50,288 nt of DNA from assembly GCA_964497535.1 (NCBI GenBank), contig CAZCCG010000003.1, forward strand, positions 60,436 through 110,723. The letters run 5' to 3'. The notes beneath the pieces were generated by a model, which was not told where the DNA came from, did no database searches, and worked only from the letters and a program-made list of their open reading frames with translations. This stretch comes from an uncultured Gammaproteobacteria bacterium. Lineage in GTDB: Bacteria; Patescibacteriota; Microgenomatia; Levybacterales; UBA12049. Position 1 is the stretch's first letter; the number at the start of each line of letters is the position of its first letter. Shown here piece by piece: positions 18,875 through 27,438 of the stretch. The position numbers were made by a program, and so were the translations under genes.

Positions 18875-21130
18875 TCATGGTGTAGGTGTGACAGTAAGCA
18901 GCGGTGGAACTGTTACGGTAGGAATAGTAGCTGTGGGTGAAATTAGAGGAGTTGCTGTTGGAGCAGGTGCGTTGGTGGGAGCCGGTGTTGGTGTCTGTTG
19001 TTGGGTTGGAGAGGGAGTCTCTGTCGGTTTGGGTGTTGTCGTTGGTGTTGGGGTATTGGCAGGGGTAGGAGTCGGGTCTTCACAGCTTTTCTTCGGTTGG
19101 GTTCCCGATATAAAATAATCCATAACTGCAGATCCAGTAGCAAAAGGTGTCTCTTTTTGTCCTTTGTACGGACACACTTTTGCTTCTACTATTCCAAAGG
19201 GTTTTGTAAAGGGCTCATTGGGAAGATCTGCTAAAAATTTCGTCATCAAGAGCCGCCAGATGGGAGCCGCACCGATTGCTCCTGCGACCTGGCTCATTGG
19301 AGTATTATCATTGTTCCCAACCCAGACTCCGACCGTAAGATTTGGTGTATAACCAATAGTAAGGGAGTCTTTAAAATCGTTGGTTGTTCCTGTTTTGACT
19401 GCGGCAGGCCGAAAAATGTTGAGCAAGGTTCCAAATTCTTCAGCCCGTGCTTTGTCATCTGAAAGAATGGAGGTAATCAGAAAAGCCGCATCACTTCCCA
19501 ACACCTGGTGTTGGTTTGTAGAACTCGTATAGATAGTGTTTCCATACTTGTCTTTGATTTGGGTAACATCCATGAGTGGTTTGTAGACCCCACCATCTGC
19601 AAATGTCGCGTATGCATTGGTCATATCGGTTAGTTTTACTTCTGCGGCACCCAAGACTAAGGGAAGTCCATAATTGTGATCGGGGTTTAGAGTCGATATT
19701 CCCAGTTTTTGGGCAAATTCCACTCCTTGTTTCACTCCGACTTTCTGCATTACCTCAATTGCGGGAATATTGAGAGAATTAGATAGCGCACGTCTAACCG
19801 TGACAGGACCTCTAAATTTGCCGTCAAAGTTTTGCGGAGTATAGCCGCCGGGAAATGTAATTTTCTTGTCATCCAATAGTGTTGCCGGTGTGATAAGTTT
19901 TTCTTCAAATGCATCGGCATAAATAATGGGCTTAAAAGATGATCCCGGTTGCCGAGGGGTAGTTGCCATATTGATTGTTCCAAACTTTGGGTTACTCCAA
20001 TCAATACTGCCAACCAGCGCTTTTATTTCTCCGGTTTTGGGATTTAACACGACTGCTGCACCATTTGTCACTTTATTAAACCGCAAATAATACACCTGAT
20101 TCTTGACTACATCTTGTGCGTATTCCTGCCATGAGCGCTTGAGTGTTGTAGTTACTTTGAAGCCTGATCGGATAACTTGTTCTTCCCCATATTTTTTAAT
20201 GAGTTCATCTTTGACCATAATGGCAAAATGCGGAGCCAAAATATTGTTATCGCTCGTTTTTTTAGCAGTATATGCCAGTTTTTCTTGTTCTGCTTCATCT
20301 GCTTGCTTTTGGGTAACATATCCGGCTTGTACCATATTTTCTAGTACAATTTGTTGCCTTTTTTTTGCAATCGCAGGATCATTTGAAAGAGGAGAAAAAG
20401 CAGAAGGAGCAGGTAATATCCCTACCAGGAGTGTTGACTGTGCCAGGTCCAATTTGCGGGCAGGAATACCAAAGTATGTTTGTGAAGCATTCTCAATACC
20501 AAATGAACCCTCACCAAAGTAAACCGAGTTGAGATACAATTCGAGGATATCTTTTTTGCTATATCTGCGGTTGAGCTCGATTGCCAGTACTAATTCCTGG
20601 TATTTACGCAGAAAAGTTTGTTCTGAGGTAAGAAGGGCATTTTTTACCAGTTCCTGGGTAATAGTAGAACCTCCCTGTACAATAGTACGAGCCTGGAAAT
20701 CTTCACGTATTGCGCGAAATATGCCTTTGATAGAAAATCCAGGGTTAGTATAAAAATCACGATCTTCTGAAGCAACAACTGCATCCTGGGTTGATTTAGG
20801 GACCAGATCAATACCAATATAGGAAATTTCTTTCGGTTGGTAAAAGCTAAAAAATGCTTGCCCTGTATCATCCAGAAGTGTCAAACCGCTTTGGCTTCGG
20901 TTCATAATCCGTTCTTTATTTTGAATATCTTGTATAAAGAGAAGATAGGTGATGATAGCGATACCAATAAGACTCACGACAACGCCGACTATCCCATAGA
21001 GCATCGGGCGGCGCAGGGTTGTCCATATCTCTTTCCAGGTTTCTTTTGAACGGGGATTTTGGGCGAGTTTATGGAATAAAAATAAAAACCGTGTCCAGGC
21101 GTGAATAATACGATATTTAAGATGATGCAT
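18875..21130 (-). CDS. Class A penicillin-binding protein (transglycosylase/transpeptidase), Pro/Thr tail
   Basis: EDRDFY, GGSTITQELVKN, RKYQE, YLNSVYFG; SSFK, SLN, KTG. Confidence 0.95.
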   Translation of the reverse strand: MHHLKYRIIHAWTRFLFLFHKLAQNPRSKETWKEIWTTLRRPMLYGIVGVVVSLIGIAIITYLLFIQDIQNKERIMNRSQSGLTLLDDTGQAFFSFYQPKEISYIGIDLVPKSTQDAVVASEDRDFYTNPGFSIKGIFRAIREDFQARTIVQGGSTITQELVKNALLTSEQTFLRKYQELVLAIELNRRYSKKDILELYLNSVYFGEGSFGIENASQTYFGIPARKLDLAQSTLLVGILPAPSAFSPLSNDPAIAKKRQQIVLENMVQAGYVTQKQADEAEQEKLAYTAKKTSDNNILAPHFAIMVKDELIKKYGEEQVIRSGFKVTTTLKRSWQEYAQDVVKNQVYYLRFNKVTNGAAVVLNPKTGEIKALVGSIDWSNPKFGTINMATTPRQPGSSFKPIIYADAFEEKLITPATLLDDKKITFPGGYTPQNFDGKFRGPVTVRRALSNSLNIPAIEVMQKVGVKQGVEFAQKLGISTLNPDHNYGLPLVLGAAEVKLTDMTNAYATFADGGVYKPLMDVTQIKDKYGNTIYTSSTNQHQVLGSDAAFLITSILSDDKARAEEFGTLLNIFRPAAVKTGTTNDFKDSLTIGYTPNLTVGVWVGNNDNTPMSQVAGAIGAAPIWRLLMTKFLADLPNEPFTKPFGIVEAKVCPYKGQKETPFATGSAVMDYFISGTQPKKSCEDPTPTPANTPTPTTTPKPTETPSPTQQQTPTPAPTNAPAPTATPLISPTATIPTVTVPPLLTVTPTP

Positions 21131-21242
21131 AGTGAAATTGTAGCACAGATAGGAGCACCGGATCTTCTTAAAGAGTTCTTACATATTTTTAGTTGTGTTA
21201 TTGCACTTGAGTATTACTATATACCTATAGAAATGAAGGAAT

Positions 21243-21422
21243 ATGCCTAAATATAGTAAAAAATCTCAGAATTATGTAGAAAAAGCTATGCATGAGTATA
21301 AGCGTGGTAAGCTTACCAGCGGCAAAAAAGGCGGAAAAGTAAAAAGCCGTAAACAAGCAGTAGCAATTGGATTATCGGAGGCTCGAGAGCATGGAGCACG
21401 AGTCCCAAAACAGAAAAAATAA
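21243..21422 (+). CDS. DUF6496 family small basic protein (missing from ORF track)
   Basis: Hand translation MPKYSKKSQNYVEKAMHEYKRGKLTSGKKGGKVKSRKQAVAIGLSEAREHGARVPKQKK. Confidence 0.85.
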   Translation: MPKYSKKSQNYVEKAMHEYKRGKLTSGKKGGKVKSRKQAVAIGLSEAREHGARVPKQKK

Positions 21423-21428
21423 AAAAAT

Positions 21429-21818
21429 ATGATTGCGTTATTATTATTAGTCATTTTTGGAATCGGAGCAGGGTATTTTGCAACACAAAATACTGTGGGA
21501 GTACCGATTTCATTTGGAGGATCTACCATTCTTGGAGTACCTCTGTACATCATAACGCTTGGAGCATTGCTTCTGGGGATTTTCGTCAGCTGGTTGATAA
21601 GTTTGATTGACTCCTTATCTTCAAGTATGATTATCCACGGAAAGAATTCTGCAATAAGTGATGCCCATAAAACTATTGAGCGATTGAAAAAAGAAAATCA
21701 CCAGTTAGAGCTTGAAAATGCAAGTCTAAAAGGGGAACATCATGAACCGGTTATTATAGAAAAAGAAGTTAGTCCTCGTCCCTCATTGTTCCACCGGTTT
21801 AGACAGAACTCCGGATAA
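21429..21818 (+). CDS. LapA/DUF1049 family membrane protein
   Basis: FATQNT..V, PLYII.LGALLLG, coiled-coil tail. Confidence 0.75.
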   Translation: MIALLLLVIFGIGAGYFATQNTVGVPISFGGSTILGVPLYIITLGALLLGIFVSWLISLIDSLSSSMIIHGKNSAISDAHKTIERLKKENHQLELENASLKGEHHEPVIIEKEVSPRPSLFHRFRQNSG

Positions 21819-21857
21819 CCTCAAGAATTACAAGAACGTTTGTTGTATTATCATTAT

Positions 21858-22340
21858 ATGCTTGTTTTTGTCATATGTCTTTTGAGCGTTATTTTGGCTG
21901 TCAGTATTTCTTTCTATGGTATGGTATATGTGCCAAGTACCAATTGGGCAATGGATGAAATGCTTACATTGGCACGTATAAAAAAAGGGGAGAAAGCAAT
22001 AGATTTGGGTTCTGGCAATGGAAAGGTTGTTATTGCGTTAGCAGAAAGAGGCGCAAAGGCACATGGTATAGAACTCAATCCATTTCTTCTCATCCTTTCC
22101 TATTGGAATATTAAAAAAGCAGGAGTTGCCGCATCTGTTCAGTTTGGCAACATATTCCATACAGATCTATCTTCTTATGATGTTATTACTCTCTATGTTG
22201 TGCCGGTGGTTATGAAGCGGCTTGAGAAGAAATTGCGTCAAGAATTAAAACCTGGTGCGCGTCTGGTTACAGAAACATTTGTATTTCCCAATTGGAAACC
22301 TACACAAAAAAATGGGAGTGTATATCTTTATACAAAATAA
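21858..22340 (+). CDS. Class I SAM-dependent methyltransferase
   Basis: YVPS, DLGSGNG, GIELNP, ELKPGARLV. Confidence 0.88.
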   Translation: MLVFVICLLSVILAVSISFYGMVYVPSTNWAMDEMLTLARIKKGEKAIDLGSGNGKVVIALAERGAKAHGIELNPFLLILSYWNIKKAGVAASVQFGNIFHTDLSSYDVITLYVVPVVMKRLEKKLRQELKPGARLVTETFVFPNWKPTQKNGSVYLYTK

Positions 22341-22391
22341 TGCTTATGGCCCACCGACTACTATCTGCAGATGCAGTTGGTAGTCAGCTTA

Positions 22392-23222
22392 CTATTGTTG
22401 TTTCTCCGGGGTATAGCACTGGTTGTAGAGAGATTTGGGTATGCTGTATTTCTGGATATCTGCACAGAGAGGCAAATCCGGGGTTTGAATAACAATTGCC
22501 CACGTACCATTGGTTTTTTTAGCATACCAACCGGTTCCATAGACATTGGAAATGTATCCTTGTGCATAATTGCCATCTACCTTCTGAACCCGGAATACAT
22601 AACCAGAGTTTTTAGAATCTTTGGGATCAATAAGACTAGAAAATTCCTGTTGTAGTTTTTGCTGTGCTGTATCTGCTATGCCACAAATGACATATCCAAA
22701 GGGATCGCTTTGGCTGGAAAGGCTGACAACGCACAGCGTTTTATCTTTGGAAAATTCTACCCTCATGGTATTCATTTCATCAAAGGTAGTACTGGAATCG
22801 ACCATGTTTTTTGTAAATCCCTGTGTCACAAAAAACGCAGTTATTTGAGTGGCCAGATTTTGTATGAATGGTTGGGTTACCTGGGTAATATCATTATCTT
22901 TAATTGATCCGGCGCTGCCCATGCCGTTTTGTGCTTTGGTACCGATTACCAGCATTGAACCAGTAAGGGGAATATGGGTGCCGTTTTGGATATAATCCCA
23001 GTCTGAAGTCTGGCGGGGAGTTCCTCCTGTTTTTAATGAAGTCACAAAACGGTTGAGAATTTGTGTAGAAGTGGAGGAGTTTGGGGGAGAACCAGCAGTT
23101 ATATTCTCTGAAACGGTAGAAGTGGGTTGCATGGAGGAGGATTTAATAGAAGATTTGTATAGTAAGACTACGCCGGAAATTACAAGCAAAAAAACAATTG
23201 CAAGGAGGATGACCTTTTTCAT
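22392..23222 (-). CDS. Secreted or membrane-anchored hypothetical protein
   Basis: Signal anchor MKKVILLAIV, Ser/Thr linker, paired cysteines. Confidence 0.7.
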   Translation of the reverse strand: MKKVILLAIVFLLVISGVVLLYKSSIKSSSMQPTSTVSENITAGSPPNSSTSTQILNRFVTSLKTGGTPRQTSDWDYIQNGTHIPLTGSMLVIGTKAQNGMGSAGSIKDNDITQVTQPFIQNLATQITAFFVTQGFTKNMVDSSTTFDEMNTMRVEFSKDKTLCVVSLSSQSDPFGYVICGIADTAQQKLQQEFSSLIDPKDSKNSGYVFRVQKVDGNYAQGYISNVYGTGWYAKKTNGTWAIVIQTPDLPLCADIQKYSIPKSLYNQCYTPEKQQ

Positions 23223-23267
23223 TAGAATCAGTATTGCACAGTTTGTAGCTTCTGTCAAAGAAAATTA

Positions 23268-23777
23268 TTATTCAGTGCGCTCTACTACTTTGTTGGCTTT
23301 GCGTTTGTGGATTGTTTGATGCTTGAACTGATTGGATAAGACACTAATATTCCCATCTGCCTCAAGTACTGCCAAATCTACCTCTTTTTCGCTTTCTACC
23401 CCGTGTTCGCGAATAGCAGCTTGTAGCTCACCTCGTGATATTTCCGCCTGTTCCAAGTGTTTGGATAGCACTTTGCCATGGTAAATCAACATGACTGGCT
23501 TGCCTTCCAGGAGAGTACTGACCTTTTTTGAACGAAACAAAAGGATTCCCAGAATCCGATTGATCACAAAAAGGGTAATTGCTGCTATGATACCGGCCAG
23601 AAGTGTCGTATTGGGACCGACCATGGCATTTTGTACGGAATTACTGATAAGAAGGATAAAAACCAGGTCGATGACTGATAGCTGGCTGATTTCCCGTTTG
23701 CCAAAGATACGGATAGCAATGATAATAAAAAGGTAGACAACAGTGGAACGAATAATGACGTCCAGATATGGATCCAT
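23268..23777 (-). CDS. DUF421/YetF family membrane protein
   Basis: RIFGKREISQLS..DLV, EGKPVMLI..G, AVLEADGNISV. Confidence 0.9.
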   Translation of the reverse strand: MDPYLDVIIRSTVVYLFIIIAIRIFGKREISQLSVIDLVFILLISNSVQNAMVGPNTTLLAGIIAAITLFVINRILGILLFRSKKVSTLLEGKPVMLIYHGKVLSKHLEQAEISRGELQAAIREHGVESEKEVDLAVLEADGNISVLSNQFKHQTIHKRKANKVVERTE

Positions 23778-23819
23778 ATCTCTATTATACATGTGAATGA
23801 CAAGTGGTACAGGAGAAGC

Positions 23820-23848
23820 TTGACATAGCCTATAATGTGTGTTATAGT
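23820..23848 (+). promoter_or_regulatory. Sigma70-type promoter TTGACA-17-TATAGT with extended -10 TG
   Basis: TTGACA 23820-25, TATAGT 23843-48; inverted repeat CTATAA-N6-TTATAG overlaps it. Confidence 0.8.
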
Positions 23849-24425
23849 CTCATTTGTGTCAATTTTTATAAATTGATTCTGGCCACCTATGCATATTGCG
23901 CAAACGGTGGAGTACTTTTACAAGGAAACAGGGAAATCAAATAGAAATAAGATAAATGATCGGGTACGGGATACCAGGTACTACACAAAAGTGGTGCTTG
24001 ATACCTTGTACCCGGTTGTGTATGGCGGCAAATCGGGATGAAGGCGTCAGCCTCATGGCTGGTGAGATTTTGATATTTTTCACCGGAAAGGAGCGAAGAT
24101 GCATCCACCGTAATGTCGAGGCCCAAACAGGCGGCGGGAGAGGGTATTTCCATTTTCGCCAGGCGCAAAGGCTCATTTGGGCTTGTTCGTTGACTCTTTC
24201 GAAGAGTTATCGACAAGCCCTGGCCGGGCACCTATCGGCCTCACAGGCTGAATCGGGGTGACCCAGGCCGGCGGAGCCATGCCTGCGGAGAGGGTAGAGT
24301 ACTACTCCCGCCGCCTCGCGTTCTTTAGAATGCGCCTTCCCAGTGCCGTTTCATGTACTTTTCCGGGTGCTATTCCCGCGTACAGCTCCCGGTGCGAGGT
24401 ACATTACAACTGAAAGGAGGTCTCC

Positions 24426-24536
24426 GTGAGGAGACTGCTGAAACGCAGGCCGGTCCTGCGGGTACCACACATTAAATTGGTCGACTATCACGGCGCCGGC
24501 CACGACGGCCAGCACGGGGGGCACGGCGTCAGCTAG
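24426..24536 (+). CDS. Possible 36-aa micro-peptide MRRLLKRRPVLRVPHIKLVDYHGAGHDGQHGGHGVS
   Basis: AAAGGAGG 5 nt before GTG; the start codon lies in a GTGA tetraloop hairpin. Confidence 0.4.
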   Translation: MRRLLKRRPVLRVPHIKLVDYHGAGHDGQHGGHGVS

Positions 24537-24612
24537 CGTGTGAAGCGCTGATCGGCTGATGCCACTCTCCAGGGGCGGACCCCGACTAGATCGGGGTTCG
24601 CCCCGCCCACAT

Positions 24613-24685
24613 GACGGACGAGTCGTTTCTTTCCGAGCGGCACCTCGCGGAAGGCGACTCGTCCGTCTCCAATTCTTTTTGATTT
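24613..24685 (+). terminator. Terminator-like hairpin
   Basis: 13-bp perfect stem GACGGACGAGTCG/CGACTCGTCCGTC followed by TCCAATTCTTTTTGATTT. Confidence 0.65.
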
Positions 24686-24913
24686 ATAATCCTGCTGTTA
24701 TAGCAAACCACACGGCGGTCACAATAGCGACTTACCATTTGGTCCAGCTTTTACAGCCGGAAAATCGAGAGTTTTTCTCACCCTGTTCCTTTTTTATCTT
24801 CCAGCTTCTTCACGTCCACATCATTTTCCATTCTAGAATCCTTCATTAAACAACTCATTATATATACATGCCTATATTTGTACTCAGTGGCGTGAGTAAA
24901 ATCACTGCTGTGC

Positions 24914-25167
24914 TTGAAAAATATACGAAAATGGTATATAGTTTAATTATTATTAACAACTGAAAACTATTAATCGCAAGGTGAGAATAACGATTTGGAT
25001 GGGGTATTACGAGGGGCCCTGCGAAACGAATATTTTTTTGCTGCCCTCTCCAAATCCGCTTTTTAACTTCAGTACACAAGAACTGTGTTTCGATAAAAAG
25101 ATTCTCTGGCACGCAAAAAAAGCGAATTTATTTTGATGAAACTTTTTTTGAGAGGAGGTGAACGGAT
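24914..25167 (+). promoter_or_regulatory. Promoter TTGAAA-17-TATAGT with ~220-nt structured leader
   Basis: -35 at 24914, -10 at 24937; stem 24992-25056 followed by a T-run; SD GAGGAGGT 8 nt before ATG 25168. Confidence 0.55.
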
Positions 25168-25659
25168 ATGAAAAAGAATGGAATTGTAACAATTCACGGG
25201 AAAGAGTATATGACAGTTGCCAGGCGGGTAGAATTGGCTCATCAGGATAAAGAACTACAAAGTATTGAGACTGAGGTTCTCAGTCACAATCCTATTGTTG
25301 TAAAAGCAACAATACGAGTTCAAAATAAAAGCTTTACTGGAATTAGTGCAGTAAATCCGGACAGTACACGGGTGATCGAAAAAGAAAACCCGTATGAAGT
25401 TGCTGAAACTTCAGCAGTCGGACGAGCATTAGGTTTTGCAGGATATGGGTTGATTGAAAGTGTTGCTTCTGCTGATGAAATGACACGCGCAACTTCTGCA
25501 CAGGCAACGCTGGATCTGCCTACACCAGAACAAACGGTTTGTGAGATTTGTGGTAAACCCGCTACCGAGCGGGAAGGTACTACAAAAGGGGGAAAACATT
25601 ATCATGGTATATTCTGTTCTACAGAAGACAGAACACATACCCGATGGCTCTGGAACTAA
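25168..25659 (+). CDS. Phage-type ssDNA-annealing-like protein (Rad52/Sak-like) with C-terminal zinc ribbon
   Basis: GKEYMTVARRV, E.AETSAVGRALGFAGYG, SVASADEM; CEIC...C...H. Confidence 0.6.
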   Translation: MKKNGIVTIHGKEYMTVARRVELAHQDKELQSIETEVLSHNPIVVKATIRVQNKSFTGISAVNPDSTRVIEKENPYEVAETSAVGRALGFAGYGLIESVASADEMTRATSAQATLDLPTPEQTVCEICGKPATEREGTTKGGKHYHGIFCSTEDRTHTRWLWN

Positions 25660-25678
25660 CGTTTTTCCCACGATAGTT

Positions 25679-25714
25679 CAACGTGAAGCAACTCATGTGA
25701 GCTGCTTTGCGTTG
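25679..25714 (+). terminator. 3' hairpin after the annealing-like gene
   Basis: CAACGTGAAGCAACTCA TG TGAGCTGCTTTGCGTTG, G.U pairs on + strand. Confidence 0.5.
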
Positions 25715-25721
25715 TGTGTAG

Positions 25722-26267
25722 TTAGGCACTTCGATAGAGCAGAGTTGGGTCTTTTCGTGGAGTAAGTAGATTAATAATGATCGAAAGGTAATAGTCTGAA
25801 TTGGGAATATTGAGAAAGTATTCGGAGGTTTTTTGGGCATGAAGTAACCGATAATCAAATTTTAGATTTCCATAATGAAACATTTTTCCCAATGCATCAG
25901 ACGTAGCAGTTGCTGAGCCAAATTCTGATAATTCTATCGCTTGATCTTTTGAACTGAAAATTCCGCTTTTGAGAATAATACGGTTATTATAGATTTCATA
26001 GTGAATTGATTCCCATTGAGCTACAATAAAAAAGATACCAATTGCGTAGATGAGTAAAATTCCGGTTAAGAAAAAATAATCCGCGGGGATTAAGGAAAAA
26101 ACTTGATTCCCCATAATAGCTTCTAAAGAACGAAACAATAATGACAGTAACACAACAATAAAAAAACACAACAGAGTCCAAAAGAAAATTCTAATTTTCA
26201 AAATAGCAGGAGATTGATTAATGCGAATTGAAGGAATCTCTATGGAACTTGGGTCAGCTTGAGCCAT
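25722..26267 (-). CDS. Membrane protein with bacterial PH domain (bPH_2-like)
   Basis: Two TM segments then YEIYNNRIILKSGIF...LGKMFHYGNL; TATAAT 7 nt before ATG. Confidence 0.78.
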   Translation of the reverse strand: MAQADPSSIEIPSIRINQSPAILKIRIFFWTLLCFFIVVLLSLLFRSLEAIMGNQVFSLIPADYFFLTGILLIYAIGIFFIVAQWESIHYEIYNNRIILKSGIFSSKDQAIELSEFGSATATSDALGKMFHYGNLKFDYRLLHAQKTSEYFLNIPNSDYYLSIIINLLTPRKDPTLLYRSA

Positions 26268-26359
26268 AGAAATATTATACATGAATTTCATTATTTGAAT
26301 AGAAGGGAGAAGAAATGCCTCTGGTAATTGAGATATTGATCGGGTATATAATAAAAGAT

Positions 26360-27043
26360 ATGGATGCGGAAGAAAAAAAAGAAGAAAAAAATGCCTTTGA
26401 AACGCTTCAGTCATACATTGATGAAAATAGGGTTATCAATTTCTCAGATGCAGTATTTGCTTTTGCCGCCACACTTCTGGTACTCAAAATTGACTTACCG
26501 GGCCTTTCCAAAGAACAACTTTCAGGATCATTTTTGCAAATCCTTCATCACTTGTGGCCTCAATATTTTGCCAACATAATCAGTTTTCTTATTATTGGAT
26601 ATTACTGGCTGAATCATCATGTCATCTTTGCGATGCTAAAAAAGTTTGACCGGGGAATTGTATGGATCAATCTCGTTTTTCTCATTTTTCTTTCTTTTTT
26701 ACCGTTTCCCGTAGATTTATTCGGAGATTTTTCCGATGTGCCGGTGGTGATTGCTTTTTATTCTATTAGTCTGGCACTGGTTGGGTATCTGCTTGTTCTT
26801 ATTTGGGTATATGCATCATATAAGCATCGGCTTGTAGATCCAAAGCTAAGCAGCCGTCATATTACCTATTATTTATTTCGAATTCTGGTAGCTCCGGTTG
26901 TATTTACAATCGCGGCTCCGCTTGCCTTTGTTGATCCGTTATTGGCACGATTATCATGGATTTTTGTTCTTATTGGATTATTCGCTGTTGGGAAATTCTT
27001 TAACTACAAAAGAATGAGTGAGATGGAAAAAAGTACGATCTGA
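26360..27043 (+). CDS. TMEM175 family potassium channel (second paralog)
   Basis: RVINFSDAVFAFAATLLVL, YWLNHH, FLPFP. Confidence 0.9.
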   Translation: MDAEEKKEEKNAFETLQSYIDENRVINFSDAVFAFAATLLVLKIDLPGLSKEQLSGSFLQILHHLWPQYFANIISFLIIGYYWLNHHVIFAMLKKFDRGIVWINLVFLIFLSFLPFPVDLFGDFSDVPVVIAFYSISLALVGYLLVLIWVYASYKHRLVDPKLSSRHITYYLFRILVAPVVFTIAAPLAFVDPLLARLSWIFVLIGLFAVGKFFNYKRMSEMEKSTI

Positions 27044-27090
27044 GGCCCTCTTGCCTTGACAAGTTTGAGTAAACCTGTCACGATTTTTAT

Positions 27091-27438
27091 ATGGAAATAT
27101 TTGATGTTGTACAAATAGTCGGGAAAATTCTTGATGTATGCGGGGTTGCAATTATTTTGATAGGTGCAGTTATTTCAACAGCTCTTTTTATCGCCGGATT
27201 TTTCGAAAAATCCAAGCTGGAGGTACTATATAAAGTATATCGCCAAAACTTAGCCCGCAGTATTCTGCTTGGTCTGGAGTTTTTGGTTGCAGGGGATATC
27301 ATCCGTTCAGTAAGTGGTACCCCGAGTTTTACCAGTGTTGGAGTCCTTGCGATCCTGGTGTTGATCCGGTCCTTTTTGGGAATTGAATTTGAAATGGAAG
27401 TAGATGGCCGCTGGCCCTGGCAAAAAAAGAGGGAATAA
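27091..27438 (+). CDS. DUF1622 family membrane protein
   Basis: RQNLARSILLGLEFLVAGDIIRSV, LIRSFL, GRWPW. Confidence 0.9.
   Translation: MEIFDVVQIVGKILDVCGVAIILIGAVISTALFIAGFFEKSKLEVLYKVYRQNLARSILLGLEFLVAGDIIRSVSGTPSFTSVGVLAILVLIRSFLGIEFEMEVDGRWPWQKKRE

Larger units (their letters stand above)
23855..24685 (+). ncRNA. Candidate large structured RNA (~830 nt), family not recognised
   Basis: Promoter upstream, terminator-like end, GC clearly above background, more than 10 hairpins with G.U pairs valid only on the + strand, 12-bp long-range helix 24129-40/24305-16, no convincing long ORF. Confidence 0.6.

Noticed and set aside
18875-19080. Pro/Thr repeat DNA in the PBP tail (and 930-1040)
   Set aside because: Codon-phased low-complexity linker explained by the protein sequence
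21272-21553. 93-aa minus-strand track ORF
   Set aside because: Antisense to the DUF6496 and LapA genes
23825-23853. dif-like site (ATAA-N6-TTAT)
   Set aside because: Right arm TTATAGTCTCA does not match the XerD arm, it coincides with a promoter, and gene orientation does not switch here
23855-24685. Identity as tmRNA, RNase P, SRP RNA, group II intron or hammerhead ribozyme
   Set aside because: No tRNA-like ends or Ala-ending tag, no GAGGAAAGUCC, no complete SRP helix-8 motif, no domain V and no CUGANGA core found by eye; divergent forms cannot be excluded without Infernal
23887-24849. Track ORFs 23887-24231(-), 23937-24176(-), 23956-24261(+), 24559-24849(+)
   Set aside because: No SD or recognisable motif; they run through strong hairpins, and the last crosses the terminator and the GC boundary
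24860-25720. Prophage remnant
   Set aside because: Only one phage-like gene; no integrase, att pair or structural genes
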